Of a DNA stretch of 64,000 nt, positions 17,094 through 26,359 are shown one piece after another. A model generated the notes under the pieces. It was not told where the DNA came from, ran no database searches, and worked only from the letters and a program-made list of their open reading frames with translations. This stretch comes from Patescibacteria group bacterium (GTDB lineage: Bacteria > Patescibacteriota > UBA1384 > 2-12-FULL-50-11), in the NCBI GenBank assembly GCA_016861245.1, contig BOKZ01000001.1, positions 347,382 to 411,381 of the forward strand. The letters are read 5' to 3'. Position 1 is the stretch's first letter. Each line of letters starts with the position of its first letter. Made by a program: the position numbers and the translations under genes.

Positions 17094-17936
17094 ATGTCTA
17101 ACACTTTCTCTTCTACACCGTCGGAACTTTGGGACAGCGTTGCTAGTGAATACGACGAAGCGTCGTACGGCGGCAAAGACGGATTGTATCCGGCTAATAA
17201 ATACCGAAGCGAAATTTTACTAGATTTCTTTGAGACCGCTAAGAAAGGCACAGTACTTGATGCTGGTTGCGGGACTGGGCAGATGACCAGAGAATTACTA
17301 AAAAGAGGGTGGGACGTTACTTCGGTTGATTACTCAAAAGAGATGCTCGCAGTTGCCGAGCAAAAAACTAAAGCGATTGGACTAAACGGAATCTTTATTC
17401 ACTGTGACCTAAAAGAGCTCGCTAAGCTGGATCGGAAATTTGATTACATAATGCTGAACGGCGTTCTGCCGTATGTAGCTGTCGAGGAAGAACCACAAGT
17501 TTTTGAACAGCTAAGAGCCGTCTCACATGCCCAGACAGTTTTGCTTAGTGCGCACTATAACCTGTTTTTTAATTTATTATCTTTTGACAAATGGACAGTG
17601 TCAGCCATTGCCGACACATTTTTGTCTACATTATCTGCGGCTGAGCGCAACCTTGCTTCGGAAAAAATTACTTCCTGTATAAGTGACCCAAATAGTGCGC
17701 TCGATGATGAGAGAACAATGAAGATGGAAAGCCCAATTGCCTACCCAGAAAAGTTAAGAGGTTTTGGTTTTGCGCAACAAGATTTAGCTTATTACAATTT
17801 CTTTTATTTGCCTGGTAAATTCCAAGCAGAACAAAAACACGACATTAGAGAAAAACTTGAGTGTGAGTTACGACGTGATTGGCGAGCTGTACTACTTGCT
17901 CGCGGCTTCGTCTCGATCGCTAAGCGTAGCAGCTAG
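17094..17936 (+). CDS. class I SAM-dependent methyltransferase
   Basis: Motif I VLDAGCGTGQ and downstream acidic-loop motif. Confidence 0.75.
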   Translation: MSNTFSSTPSELWDSVASEYDEASYGGKDGLYPANKYRSEILLDFFETAKKGTVLDAGCGTGQMTRELLKRGWDVTSVDYSKEMLAVAEQKTKAIGLNGIFIHCDLKELAKLDRKFDYIMLNGVLPYVAVEEEPQVFEQLRAVSHAQTVLLSAHYNLFFNLLSFDKWTVSAIADTFLSTLSAAERNLASEKITSCISDPNSALDDERTMKMESPIAYPEKLRGFGFAQQDLAYYNFFYLPGKFQAEQKHDIREKLECELRRDWRAVLLARGFVSIAKRSS

Positions 17937-18539
17937 CTCACCGATAGTTTGAGTTTGACGCTCTTCAAGCTGCTTAGCTGGGCTGTTTTGCCAGTTAACT
18001 ACGTATTTAGACCAATCTGCTAGAACTTCTTTTTGTGAGTTTTTTGGGAAGAAGCTGGCGATATCAACTGAGCTAACGGGCGCTATCTTTTCGCGAGAAA
18101 TAACAAGGTGGGGGATATCCCTGAGCAACTTTTTGCCCGATGCGACGTAAGCGAGCATCGTGTGATGGCCGTCAAACAATAGCAACTTTTCGTTTGGCAG
18201 TAGTACTAACTTACAATTCGGTAGGCCGTTCTCGTGAATAATCTCTTTACCTAGTATCACTTCGTTTTCCATCGAGGAAATCTGGCTCTTGTCTCGAATT
18301 CCGCTAGCGTTGTGTATTGGGACTATCTCTAGCAAGCTGGTGTTAGCGAAAAGCTCATTTGGAACTACTGGAAACCCTGACCAACTATCTACCACTCCCT
18401 CAACTGCCTCGTACGGTCCCTGTGCCTTAATGGAACGGGTGAAGTACCCGCTTTGTACAGTAGGAGAATAAATTTGAACATTGTAGATCATTTGTCTTCG
18501 GTTGTTAGTTGAGTATGTAATTCCTGGAAATTCTTCCAA
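17892..18539 (-). CDS. hypothetical protein (215 aa; possible ParB/Srx-like fold, weak)
   Basis: ORF overlapping kinase gene by 52 nt; contains LLLFDGHHTMLAY reminiscent of ParB-superfamily DGxxR motif but R is replaced. Confidence 0.4.
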   Translation of the reverse strand: MEEFPGITYSTNNRRQMIYNVQIYSPTVQSGYFTRSIKAQGPYEAVEGVVDSWSGFPVVPNELFANTSLLEIVPIHNASGIRDKSQISSMENEVILGKEIIHENGLPNCKLVLLPNEKLLLFDGHHTMLAYVASGKKLLRDIPHLVISREKIAPVSSVDIASFFPKNSQKEVLADWSKYVVNWQNSPAKQLEERQTQTIGELAATLSDRDEAASK

Positions 18540-19486
18540 ATCTTCGGTAGGGTATTAAAGGCCTCGTTCGCAACGCGTGGAAATTGATCAGCCTCTTTTT
18601 GGTGAGTTTTATAATGCTCAAACCATTCGGCAAAGCTAGCAACCATCCGAGCGACTAAACCAAGAAAGATAACTTTTGCATTGTCTTGATCTGACTCCTT
18701 AACTTCTGAAAGAGATCGTTCAATAATAGTTTGTCGAAGGTTTGGTAGATCTATCGCAAACGACCAAAGCATCGCCCAATCAACAACGCGTGGTCCTAAC
18801 GTTGCTTCACCCCAATCTATCAAGCTGTAGCCAGATCTTGTTTCTAAGATGTTTTGTGGAGCAAGGTCGTTATGTAATAACCATTTTTCGTAAGCAGTGT
18901 CTTTAACGTTGGTAATCGCACTACGTAGCTGTCCGTCGGCGTCAGCTCCTAGATGCTTAATAACGTGGGCTGAGCGATCGTTGTATTCGGTTAACCACTT
19001 CGTCGGAAAATCTCGCTCTGTTAACAAATTAAGGTCAATATTCTCAGTTGTTGTATTGAGTTTGTCTCGAAGTGTTATTAGAAAATTAATAAAATCCTCT
19101 CGCTCAAACTCTGGTCGAATAAAGTTATTACCGACTGGTTCTCCCTCAACGAGGTAGCGAACTACCCACTGCGGTGATGCGACAAAATTAGTTTTAATTG
19201 TTTGCGAGACTTCCATTCCCAACTCAGTTAGCGACTGTGTGATATCTTTCTCGACAGTCTCGGATCGAATAAAGTCTTCGAGCGGCGTGGAGCTGTTAGC
19301 GGGAAGAATCTTTAATAGAACTTTACGGCCGTCAACGTAGGTGCCTGTTGACCAAATTTTTTTAATTCGACGCAAATCCCAAGCTGCCATTCGATCCAAT
19401 CGGTCGTATGACTCCTGGTCTATCTTAATTCCAACGTTTGCGGCAACGCTATCAACCAGTTGGCGAAGCGGGTTTTCGTTACTCAT
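18488..19486 (-). CDS. APH/choline-kinase-fold phosphotransferase (possible sugar or small-molecule kinase)
   Basis: Brenner motif LLHNDLAPQNIL and downstream IDWGEA (DxG-like). Confidence 0.7.
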   Translation of the reverse strand: MSNENPLRQLVDSVAANVGIKIDQESYDRLDRMAAWDLRRIKKIWSTGTYVDGRKVLLKILPANSSTPLEDFIRSETVEKDITQSLTELGMEVSQTIKTNFVASPQWVVRYLVEGEPVGNNFIRPEFEREDFINFLITLRDKLNTTTENIDLNLLTERDFPTKWLTEYNDRSAHVIKHLGADADGQLRSAITNVKDTAYEKWLLHNDLAPQNILETRSGYSLIDWGEATLGPRVVDWAMLWSFAIDLPNLRQTIIERSLSEVKESDQDNAKVIFLGLVARMVASFAEWFEHYKTHQKEADQFPRVANEAFNTLPKIWKNFQELHTQLTTEDK

Positions 19487-20519
19487 TCTTGGCTATTTGA
19501 GCAAGTTTTAAATACGCAAGTAGGTACGTCACGATCGACTCGGCGCCTTGGTTGCTATTAACACCTCCCGGCGTTAACGCATCGTATATCCCACCTGTGG
19601 TCGTGTTAATTAGTGTTTTTTGTTGCGTGTTACTACCTTCGTACCACTCGTACCAAGCTAACGCTCGTTTTAGGTACTCTGTTTCTTTTGTGAGTAGGTA
19701 TAATTCACCTGCGGCTAGCACCATATCAGCAGCTTCAAGCGGTTGTTGATCGTACAAAGCTTTTTCTTTTCCGCTCTGGTACCATCCGTCTTGCCCGATC
19801 GGTGATGGAACGCCATTGTGAGTACTAACTTCATCTAACCAACGGAATGTTTTAACAGCAATTTCCTCCAATTCTTTATCGTTCAAAAATATCGCTGCTC
19901 GAGCTAACGCATACGGCAAGATGCCGTTAGCGTAATATAACCCATCCTCAAACCAAACCCAGTCTTTCTTACTATTGGCGTGAAAAATCTTCTTGAGTTT
20001 GTCGGCCCATTTTTTAGCGTCGTCAAGTAGACCGGCACTTAATAATCCAAGCAGTATGTAGGCTTTTGTCCGTACGTGCTCGTGATCAAGATGTTTGTCA
20101 ATAATTGAGCGCTTAAGAATTGTTTGTGCGCGTTCTGCTAACTCGGTGCCGGGCTGCGAGGCGATTACTTCGCCAAGCGCCCAAACCGCTCGACCGATTG
20201 AATCTTCAGAGCCTTCGTGGTCGAGAATCTTTTCGGAGAAACTCACAAAATTATGGAAGGTACCGTCCTGGCGTTCAACTCTTTTTAAGTAATTAAAATA
20301 GATGTCCGCTAATTGAAGTATCGAGGGGTCTTGGAAAATTTTGTAATGCCACAAACAAACAATCAGCGCTCGCGCATTATCGTCGATCGAGTACCCAAAA
20401 CTTGGGTCAGGGACATCAAAATCGGCGTGCTGAATTAAACCGTCTTTGGTAGTTAATCGTTTAAGATGTCTGAGCTGTGGTCGCTCACGAAACCGATTTA
20501 GCAGCGATAGTTCTTCCAT
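19479..20519 (-). CDS. (alpha/alpha)6-barrel glycoside hydrolase (GH15/GH63/GH100-like)
   Basis: Helical repeat pattern with GYSIDDNARALIV-type motif; start likely the MEELSLL ATG rather than the longer ORF-track start. Confidence 0.55.
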   Translation of the reverse strand: MEELSLLNRFRERPQLRHLKRLTTKDGLIQHADFDVPDPSFGYSIDDNARALIVCLWHYKIFQDPSILQLADIYFNYLKRVERQDGTFHNFVSFSEKILDHEGSEDSIGRAVWALGEVIASQPGTELAERAQTILKRSIIDKHLDHEHVRTKAYILLGLLSAGLLDDAKKWADKLKKIFHANSKKDWVWFEDGLYYANGILPYALARAAIFLNDKELEEIAVKTFRWLDEVSTHNGVPSPIGQDGWYQSGKEKALYDQQPLEAADMVLAAGELYLLTKETEYLKRALAWYEWYEGSNTQQKTLINTTTGGIYDALTPGGVNSNQGAESIVTYLLAYLKLAQIAKNE

Positions 20520-21720
20520 GCTCTTTGGCCACGATCTCAAAAAGATCGAGGTGTCGCAACGCAACACGAGTCCAGATCATATTTCGTCCGTACGCGTAGG
20601 CTTTCTTTGATATTTCTTGGCGCTTCTTTGGATTGTCGAGTAAATCAATTACTTTCTCGGCGATATCTTCTGCAGTTAGTGAATCAAGCACTACCCCGCG
20701 TCCGTCGGCAAGAACGTCTTTTGCGTAAACGTAGGGTGTCGATACACACGGTAATCCGGCGCTAAGCGCGTACGAAAGAGTACCGGAAGAAACCTGCTCA
20801 AGGTTTGGATACGGTGTAATGTAAACATCAGTGATTCTTAAGAATTGAATAATCTCATCGAGCGTTAAGTAGTGGTTAACGAAGTCAACATGTTCTTCCA
20901 TCTTTAATTCTTTCACTAACTTCTCGAGCGACTCTCGGTACTCTTCGCCCTCATTTCGAACAACTACTGGATGTGTCTCACCTAATAGTAATAATTTGGT
21001 TTTGGGGTGTTTCTTAACGATCGTCGGCAGTGCCTTAATTGCGTGCTCGTAACCTTTTGAACGACTAAATAAACCAAAACTCGAGATAATATTCCAGCCG
21101 TTATAACCAAGTCTCTTTTTTGCTAATTTGTCTTGCCCGAACGGTACGTCAGGAACACCGTGAGGGATCGCCACAATTTTCTCTGGATTAACGCCGTATA
21201 TTTCAGTGAGCATCTTTCCTGCCGCCTCCACCATTACGATAATTGCTTCGGCTCGTTCCGCAACGCGCCGCACGGTTTCCAGCATTTTTGCTGACGGGTG
21301 CGGTAAAACTGTATGCAAGCAAACGACGACTGGTTTCGTAATTGCTTCGATGAACGGCAGAACGTATTCGCCTTCGACGCCGCCGTAGATACCAAACTCG
21401 TGTTGGAGATTAACGACTTCGGCACCCGATTGGTTAATGTAATCGGCTGCGTTCATCCAGCTTCGTAAATCTTCTTGATCAATTTTGTATTTTACTTCCC
21501 AGGGGTAGATCCGTGATTCAGCGCCTGATTTTTCATCGTCGATCGCCACAAAATCAGCCGTGTAATCTGGGTTTAGCTGGTTAATCGCTTTGGTGAGCGC
21601 GCGGCTATACGTTGCGATACCGCATTCTCTTGGCGTGTACGTTGAAACGTAAATCACGCGAATGTGCGGCTCGCTTGCGGCTAGTTGGGTAGCTAATCTA
21701 CTTTTTTGTTGAATAGTCAT
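20485..21720 (-). CDS. glycosyltransferase family 4 (sugar-phosphate synthase-like)
   Basis: 411 aa; N-terminal GT4 domain (IRVIYVSTYTPRECGIATYSRAL), C-terminal GT1 domain. Confidence 0.8.
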   Translation of the reverse strand: MTIQQKSRLATQLAASEPHIRVIYVSTYTPRECGIATYSRALTKAINQLNPDYTADFVAIDDEKSGAESRIYPWEVKYKIDQEDLRSWMNAADYINQSGAEVVNLQHEFGIYGGVEGEYVLPFIEAITKPVVVCLHTVLPHPSAKMLETVRRVAERAEAIIVMVEAAGKMLTEIYGVNPEKIVAIPHGVPDVPFGQDKLAKKRLGYNGWNIISSFGLFSRSKGYEHAIKALPTIVKKHPKTKLLLLGETHPVVVRNEGEEYRESLEKLVKELKMEEHVDFVNHYLTLDEIIQFLRITDVYITPYPNLEQVSSGTLSYALSAGLPCVSTPYVYAKDVLADGRGVVLDSLTAEDIAEKVIDLLDNPKKRQEISKKAYAYGRNMIWTRVALRHLDLFEIVAKEHGRTIAAKSVS

Positions 21721-21778
21721 TTTGAGTCAGTAAAGTTAACTAATTGTATAAAAATTAGTACTGATAATCAATCAGTTT

Positions 21779-22252
21779 TTAGAGTATTTGGCTTAGTGCG
21801 ATCGCCACCGCGTCGGCGGCGTCGTCGCCGAGTTTCTTCTTCTCGTCTATTCCGAAGTACTCCCGAATAAAGTTTTGAACATCCTTTTTCTTGGCATTCC
21901 CGTTGCCAAGCAGCACTTTTTTTAATCGAAGCGGCGCGATCTCAACAATCTCGATATTGGCTTGAGCAGCAGCTAGCAACACAACTCCGCGTGCCTGACC
22001 AACAGAGAAGGCGCTGGTTACGTTACGTGCAAAGAAAAGCGTCTCAATTGCAAGCAGGTCTGGTTTTATCTCGTTGAGTCGGTGGACGAGCTCTTCGTAA
22101 ATATGTTTGAGTTTCTGAGTTTCGGCTGAGTTTGGTGTCGTTACGATGCAATCAAAGTGAATAAGGTGTGGCTTGCTGTTGATCACTTCGATTAAGCCCA
22201 AACCTAGTCGGCCCGAGCCTGGATCAATTCCGAGAATTCTTTTACCCTCCAT
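21779..22252 (-). CDS. ruvC: Holliday junction resolvase RuvC
   Basis: 157 aa; ILGIDPGSGRLGLGL N-terminus, catalytic acidic residues in conserved positions. Confidence 0.9.
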   Translation of the reverse strand: MEGKRILGIDPGSGRLGLGLIEVINSKPHLIHFDCIVTTPNSAETQKLKHIYEELVHRLNEIKPDLLAIETLFFARNVTSAFSVGQARGVVLLAAAQANIEIVEIAPLRLKKVLLGNGNAKKKDVQNFIREYFGIDEKKKLGDDAADAVAIALSQIL

Positions 22253-22258
22253 GATTTG

Positions 22259-22987
22259 TTACTGTAGCAGCTCCGGCGCGACATCTATATTACTGTGAAC
22301 ATTGGTCACATCATCGATATCGTCAAGGATTTCGCTTAATTTCATTACTTTTTCAGCCACTTGTTTGTTGCTAATCACAATTGTTGATAACGGATGAAAT
22401 TCAAAACCGATCTCGTTACTTACAAATCCAGCTGTTTCAAGGTTCTTTCGAACCAGCTGGAGTTCCTTTGGATCTGTATAAATAAAAACACTGTCGCTAT
22501 CGGCATCTACATCTTCGGCGCCAGCGTCGATCGAGGCCAGCTCTGCTTCTTCAGCGTTAACGTTCTCTAAGACAATTTGCCCTCGCTTTTTAAATAGATA
22601 CCCAACTGATCCGCTTTCAGCTAACTTACCGTCGTATTTGTTTAACACTGCACGAATCTCGCCGACAGTACGATTCCGATTATCGGTTGCGGTTTCAATT
22701 AGAAATGCAGTGCCACCTGGTCCGTAGGCTTCAAAGACAACTTCCTCTAATACTGCGCCACCCGAGCCTTTGACGCGCTCGATCGCTCGTTCGATATTAT
22801 CTTTTGGCATATTGGCGGCCTTGGCTTTATCGATGGCGATACGCAGTTGGAAGTTCATCTCCGGGTCAGTGCCGTTTCGAGCAGCCACTGTAATCGCGTT
22901 GGCGAGTTTAGCGAAAACAGCGCCGCGCCGTTGATCGGCGACGCCTTTTTGACGTTTAATTTGTGCCCATTTCGAGTGGCCAGCCAT
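22259..22987 (-). CDS. yebC: YebC/PmpR family transcriptional regulator
   Basis: 242 aa; MAGHSKWAQIKRQKG N-terminus diagnostic of the family. Confidence 0.9.
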   Translation of the reverse strand: MAGHSKWAQIKRQKGVADQRRGAVFAKLANAITVAARNGTDPEMNFQLRIAIDKAKAANMPKDNIERAIERVKGSGGAVLEEVVFEAYGPGGTAFLIETATDNRNRTVGEIRAVLNKYDGKLAESGSVGYLFKKRGQIVLENVNAEEAELASIDAGAEDVDADSDSVFIYTDPKELQLVRKNLETAGFVSNEIGFEFHPLSTIVISNKQVAEKVMKLSEILDDIDDVTNVHSNIDVAPELLQ

Positions 22988-22988
22988 A

Positions 22989-23087
22989 TTAATTCTCCAC
23001 CTTATTCCCTATATCTGGCCAAGAAGAAATACGAGGAAGCGCAGTTGTTTCACAACGAGCAAGCTCGTAATTCGAGTGGCCAGCCAT
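22989..23087 (-). CDS. 32-codon upstream ORF (MAGHSNYELARCETTALPRISSWPDIGNKVEN) whose first 5 codons and 5' context duplicate yebC; stop TAA is 1 nt before the yebC ATG
   Basis: 19-nt duplication ATATGGCTGGCCACTCGAA at 23069-23087 and 22969-22987 (minus strand sense); uORF contains the yebC RBS AAGGTGGAG; own RBS weak. Confidence 0.3.
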   Translation of the reverse strand: MAGHSNYELARCETTALPRISSWPDIGNKVEN

Positions 23088-23124
23088 ATTCAAATTTTAC
23101 CGTACAAAAGCCGAAAGAGCGAGA

Positions 23125-24030
23125 TTATTTCGTGCTCCGGTACGAGAAGTTATCGACTGTTAAATCGATTTGAATTGTGCCGCGCTCGTCAGTTCTAAGT
23201 ATAGGGATGTTGTATTTAGTAAGTCTCGACAAAACGTCTTGATGCGGATGGCCGTACGAGTTTTTGCCGACTGAGATGAGCGCCAGTTTTGGTTTTACTG
23301 CTTCTAAAAACGCTTCGGTCGAGCTCGTACGACTACCTTGGTGGCCGACTTTTAACACCGTCACCGGTCGCAATACTCCTTTTTGGAGTAACACCATTTC
23401 TTGCTCTTTCTCCATATCGCCGGTTAGTAGTAGCGATTGCGTTCCGTACTGCCAGTAAGTAACGATCGACTCCCAGTTTTGGTTCTCTGGGAGTTGCCCG
23501 ATTTTCGGTTCAATCGGCCAAAGGACGATTCCGTTCAGCGCGCCGAATATTACCGTTTGCCCGGCTTTAACTGTTTTGGTCGGTATGCCTTTCTCTCGAA
23601 TTAACTCTAAAAAGTTTCGATAACCGTCGGTGGTGTGAACAACGCCGGTAATCCAAAGCTCTTTAACGGTATATCGACGCAAGACTTCTATTACCCCGCT
23701 TATATGATCTGAGTGGTTGTGCGTTAAAATTACCAAATCTAGCTCGCGATCGTTAAGCGGCAGCACACGCGATAACTCGCGAGTGATTGTTGCATCTGGT
23801 CCGCCGTCAATTAGTATTTGTTGCCGATCTGGCGTTTCGAGTAACATTGCGTCGCCCTGTCCGACGTCGAACAGCCAATATCGAAGCGTCGGGTGCTTCG
23901 CTTCCTCTGCTGAGAAACTTTGAAAACCGATAACGATTAACGCCAGAACTGCTAGTGTTGTGACGAACCGGGCGACGCCGTTATCTCTCATTGGGCTTGT
24001 ACTTAATTTGAAGGTACTCAGTTGTAGCAA
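23125..24030 (-). CDS. comEC: metallo-beta-lactamase domain protein (ComEC C-terminal domain as separate ORF)
   Basis: HNHSDH (HxHxDH) motif, own N-terminal TM; overlaps the upstream membrane-domain ORF by 50 nt in another frame. Confidence 0.75.
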   Translation of the reverse strand: MLQLSTFKLSTSPMRDNGVARFVTTLAVLALIVIGFQSFSAEEAKHPTLRYWLFDVGQGDAMLLETPDRQQILIDGGPDATITRELSRVLPLNDRELDLVILTHNHSDHISGVIEVLRRYTVKELWITGVVHTTDGYRNFLELIREKGIPTKTVKAGQTVIFGALNGIVLWPIEPKIGQLPENQNWESIVTYWQYGTQSLLLTGDMEKEQEMVLLQKGVLRPVTVLKVGHQGSRTSSTEAFLEAVKPKLALISVGKNSYGHPHQDVLSRLTKYNIPILRTDERGTIQIDLTVDNFSYRSTK

Positions 24031-25189
24031 TAAACAATAGCAGCAACGCGATGCACCATGCCCAAGAAATGCTTATAGAGTACGACGCAAAATCGAACGA
24101 AGAGAAATACTGACTAACAAATAACGCCCAGGTCAGTATCGGCCAACCGAGCATTAATAGCCAACTACCCAGCGCTGGCACAACAAATACCAGCATCGAT
24201 CCGATTAAACCGATCGCCATAACTAACGGTATTAGGGGGACAACCAGCACATTTGTGAGCGGCGCCACGATCGATAAACGTTCAAAAACCAGTAAAATAA
24301 TCGGACTAGTAAGGAGAATCGCGCCGAACGTCTCGCCAAGTACCGTTGCTAGTGTTTTCGGTGTTTTAATCCTCTCCAAGCTTTCGCGAATTAGCGGGCT
24401 GACCCGGAGTAGCCCGTACGTTGCGGCGATCGATAACTGGAACCCGACATCAAAGATAATCTTCGGCTCAAATATTGTTAGTACACCGGCGGCAGTTAGT
24501 AATATCAATAGCGAGCTGCGCGGTCGGCCGAGGTGCTCACCCAGGAGGATTAGGCCGACCATCAATCCGGCTCGTAAGATCGATGACGGTGCGCCGGTGA
24601 TCACGATAAATAAGCCTATTACTGCTAACCCAAGCCAAAAAACATTACGACCAAGTATCGGGCGAAATACTGTACGAACGTTTGCGACAAGTATCGTTAA
24701 GTTGTAGCCAGAGACGGCGATAATATGGCTCAATCCAACTAGGCGAAACTGGTCGACTAGCTCTTTATCTAGTTTAATACGATTTCCGAGCAGAATACCG
24801 CTGAGTAGCGAGCTCTGCGGCTCGGGAACAGCTGAGATTATTTTGTCGATTAGATTGTCCCGTAATAGAATTAACTTCTCACTCACGGTGCCGATAAATT
24901 GCGGATGAAACCAAGATTCGCCGTTTGTGAAATTCCACAATAACATTCCGCCGCTGGCGCCAACTAGTAGTACTGCCGTCGCTTCAACCCTGGGTTCCTG
25001 ACCGCTCCAAAAAATTAACACCCATAGTCCGAAAATCCAGTAGAGCGTTTCGTTTGGCAACGAAATGTATCGAGCGATAATAACTCCAGAAATTAGCCCG
25101 ATCCAAAACGCGGCGAGCTGTCTTGATGGTGCCCACCAATTTAACCTCATACGTCGCCAGAACTCTTCCATGGCTCTATTCATATACAT
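23981..25189 (-). CDS. comEC: ComEC/Rec2 competence membrane channel domain
   Basis: Polytopic membrane ORF with competence-domain features; start placed at internal ATG (MNRAMEEF) because longest ORF would overlap divergent grpE. Confidence 0.7.
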   Translation of the reverse strand: MYMNRAMEEFWRRMRLNWWAPSRQLAAFWIGLISGVIIARYISLPNETLYWIFGLWVLIFWSGQEPRVEATAVLLVGASGGMLLWNFTNGESWFHPQFIGTVSEKLILLRDNLIDKIISAVPEPQSSLLSGILLGNRIKLDKELVDQFRLVGLSHIIAVSGYNLTILVANVRTVFRPILGRNVFWLGLAVIGLFIVITGAPSSILRAGLMVGLILLGEHLGRPRSSLLILLTAAGVLTIFEPKIIFDVGFQLSIAATYGLLRVSPLIRESLERIKTPKTLATVLGETFGAILLTSPIILLVFERLSIVAPLTNVLVVPLIPLVMAIGLIGSMLVFVVPALGSWLLMLGWPILTWALFVSQYFSSFDFASYSISISWAWCIALLLLFIATTEYLQIKYKPNER

Positions 25190-25252
25190 ATGTCGATTAT
25201 TTTGCGAGGGTGCAACTAGACTCTTTGTACCGAGTTTCGTACAATGCCACCG

Positions 25253-25777
25253 ATGACTCCGGGTAAAAAGAAAAAAACTGAAAGCACAGAAGTCTCCAAG
25301 TTGAAGGAGCAACTAGCGCAAGCTAACGAAGCCAGACTTCGTATGGCGGCAGACTACGCTAACTTGGAAAAACGCATTCAAGAAGAACGAATTGCGCTTC
25401 GCAGTTCGGCGACAACAGAGCTTTTAGAAAAGCTTTTTCCGATTATGGACAACCTGTACCGTTCAAGTACATACGCGCCGACGATTCCAATTAATGATGA
25501 TTTCGGCAAACTTTCTGAAGAAGATTTTAAAAAAATTGCTAATTATTTTAAGGGTCTGCGTTTAGTTGAACAGCAGCTCGAAGCGACACTGGCCGCAGCC
25601 GGGCTGGAACGTATCCCGACTAAAGGCCAACCATTTAACCACAACTTGCACGAGGCGATTTCGTATGAAAACAGCACCGAAGTTCCAGCTGAACATATTA
25701 TCGACGAGGTCGAATCCGGCTGGCAGATAAACGGGAAAGTACTAAAACCTGCCAAAGTCCGTGTTTCACAGGGTTAA
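25253..25777 (+). CDS. grpE: nucleotide exchange factor GrpE
   Basis: Coiled-coil N-terminus and conserved C-terminal beta domain; start 25244 or 25253 (a TACAAT -10-like hexamer overlaps the first ATG, possible leaderless start). Confidence 0.85.
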   Translation: MTPGKKKKTESTEVSKLKEQLAQANEARLRMAADYANLEKRIQEERIALRSSATTELLEKLFPIMDNLYRSSTYAPTIPINDDFGKLSEEDFKKIANYFKGLRLVEQQLEATLAAAGLERIPTKGQPFNHNLHEAISYENSTEVPAEHIIDEVESGWQINGKVLKPAKVRVSQG

Positions 25778-25791
25778 AAAATAACCCCGGA

Positions 25792-26313
25792 TTATCCGAG
25801 GTTTGATTGTTTGAAAATTGTTTCGTATTCCTTTTTGTAACGATGAGCGTAGCTATTTGCCATGATTTCAAACGGATGGAGCAAGTACGTTACCATCATC
25901 ACAGGAATAAACCACCACCAAGTAGTGATTACGGAAATAATCGTCGGCACAGTTAAGATGACCGGCCAATACGATAAGTCGTGGATCCACATCGGCCAAT
26001 TTCGAAGCGTTACTGCGTGGCCGACTTCATGGGCGGTGTAGAAGCTTAGTCGTCCAGTAGGCTTGAATAGCTTTGGGGCTAGGAAAATGAATTTCGTATG
26101 GTGATTGTATGCGCCCTTCGGTCCAAGCCCTAAAGAAATTGCAATTCGTCCCAACCAGGCAATCCACGGATATCCTCGAAGGTCGGGTTCATCGAAGTGA
26201 AAATGAAGATATTCTTTCACTCCGTGAGAAGCTGCCAGACGGTTAATTTCCTCGAAAGGGAAACTATTAAAGTTCATAAGGTGAATTATAAGATTTACGT
26301 AGTAGTATTTCAA
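25792..26313 (-). CDS. putative membrane zinc metalloprotease (HExxH) of unknown family
   Basis: 173 aa; YTAHEVGHAV motif followed by two TM helices; located between grpE and dnaK. Confidence 0.45.
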   Translation of the reverse strand: MKYYYVNLIIHLMNFNSFPFEEINRLAASHGVKEYLHFHFDEPDLRGYPWIAWLGRIAISLGLGPKGAYNHHTKFIFLAPKLFKPTGRLSFYTAHEVGHAVTLRNWPMWIHDLSYWPVILTVPTIISVITTWWWFIPVMMVTYLLHPFEIMANSYAHRYKKEYETIFKQSNLG

Positions 26314-26331
26314 CGGTTTTAAACTATTTTC

Positions 26332-26359
26332 TTGACAAATGTAAAGGAAACTTTACAAT
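26332..26359 (+). promoter_or_regulatory. consensus sigma70 promoter TTGACA-N16-TACAAT for dnaK
   Basis: Exact consensus hexamers; GGAGG RBS 7 nt before ATG; no CIRCE element seen. Confidence 0.6.

Noticed and set aside
22847-23173. 108-aa + strand ORF across the yebC start region
   Set aside because: Antisense to the yebC 5' end, the uORF and the comEC-MBL 3' end; no RBS.
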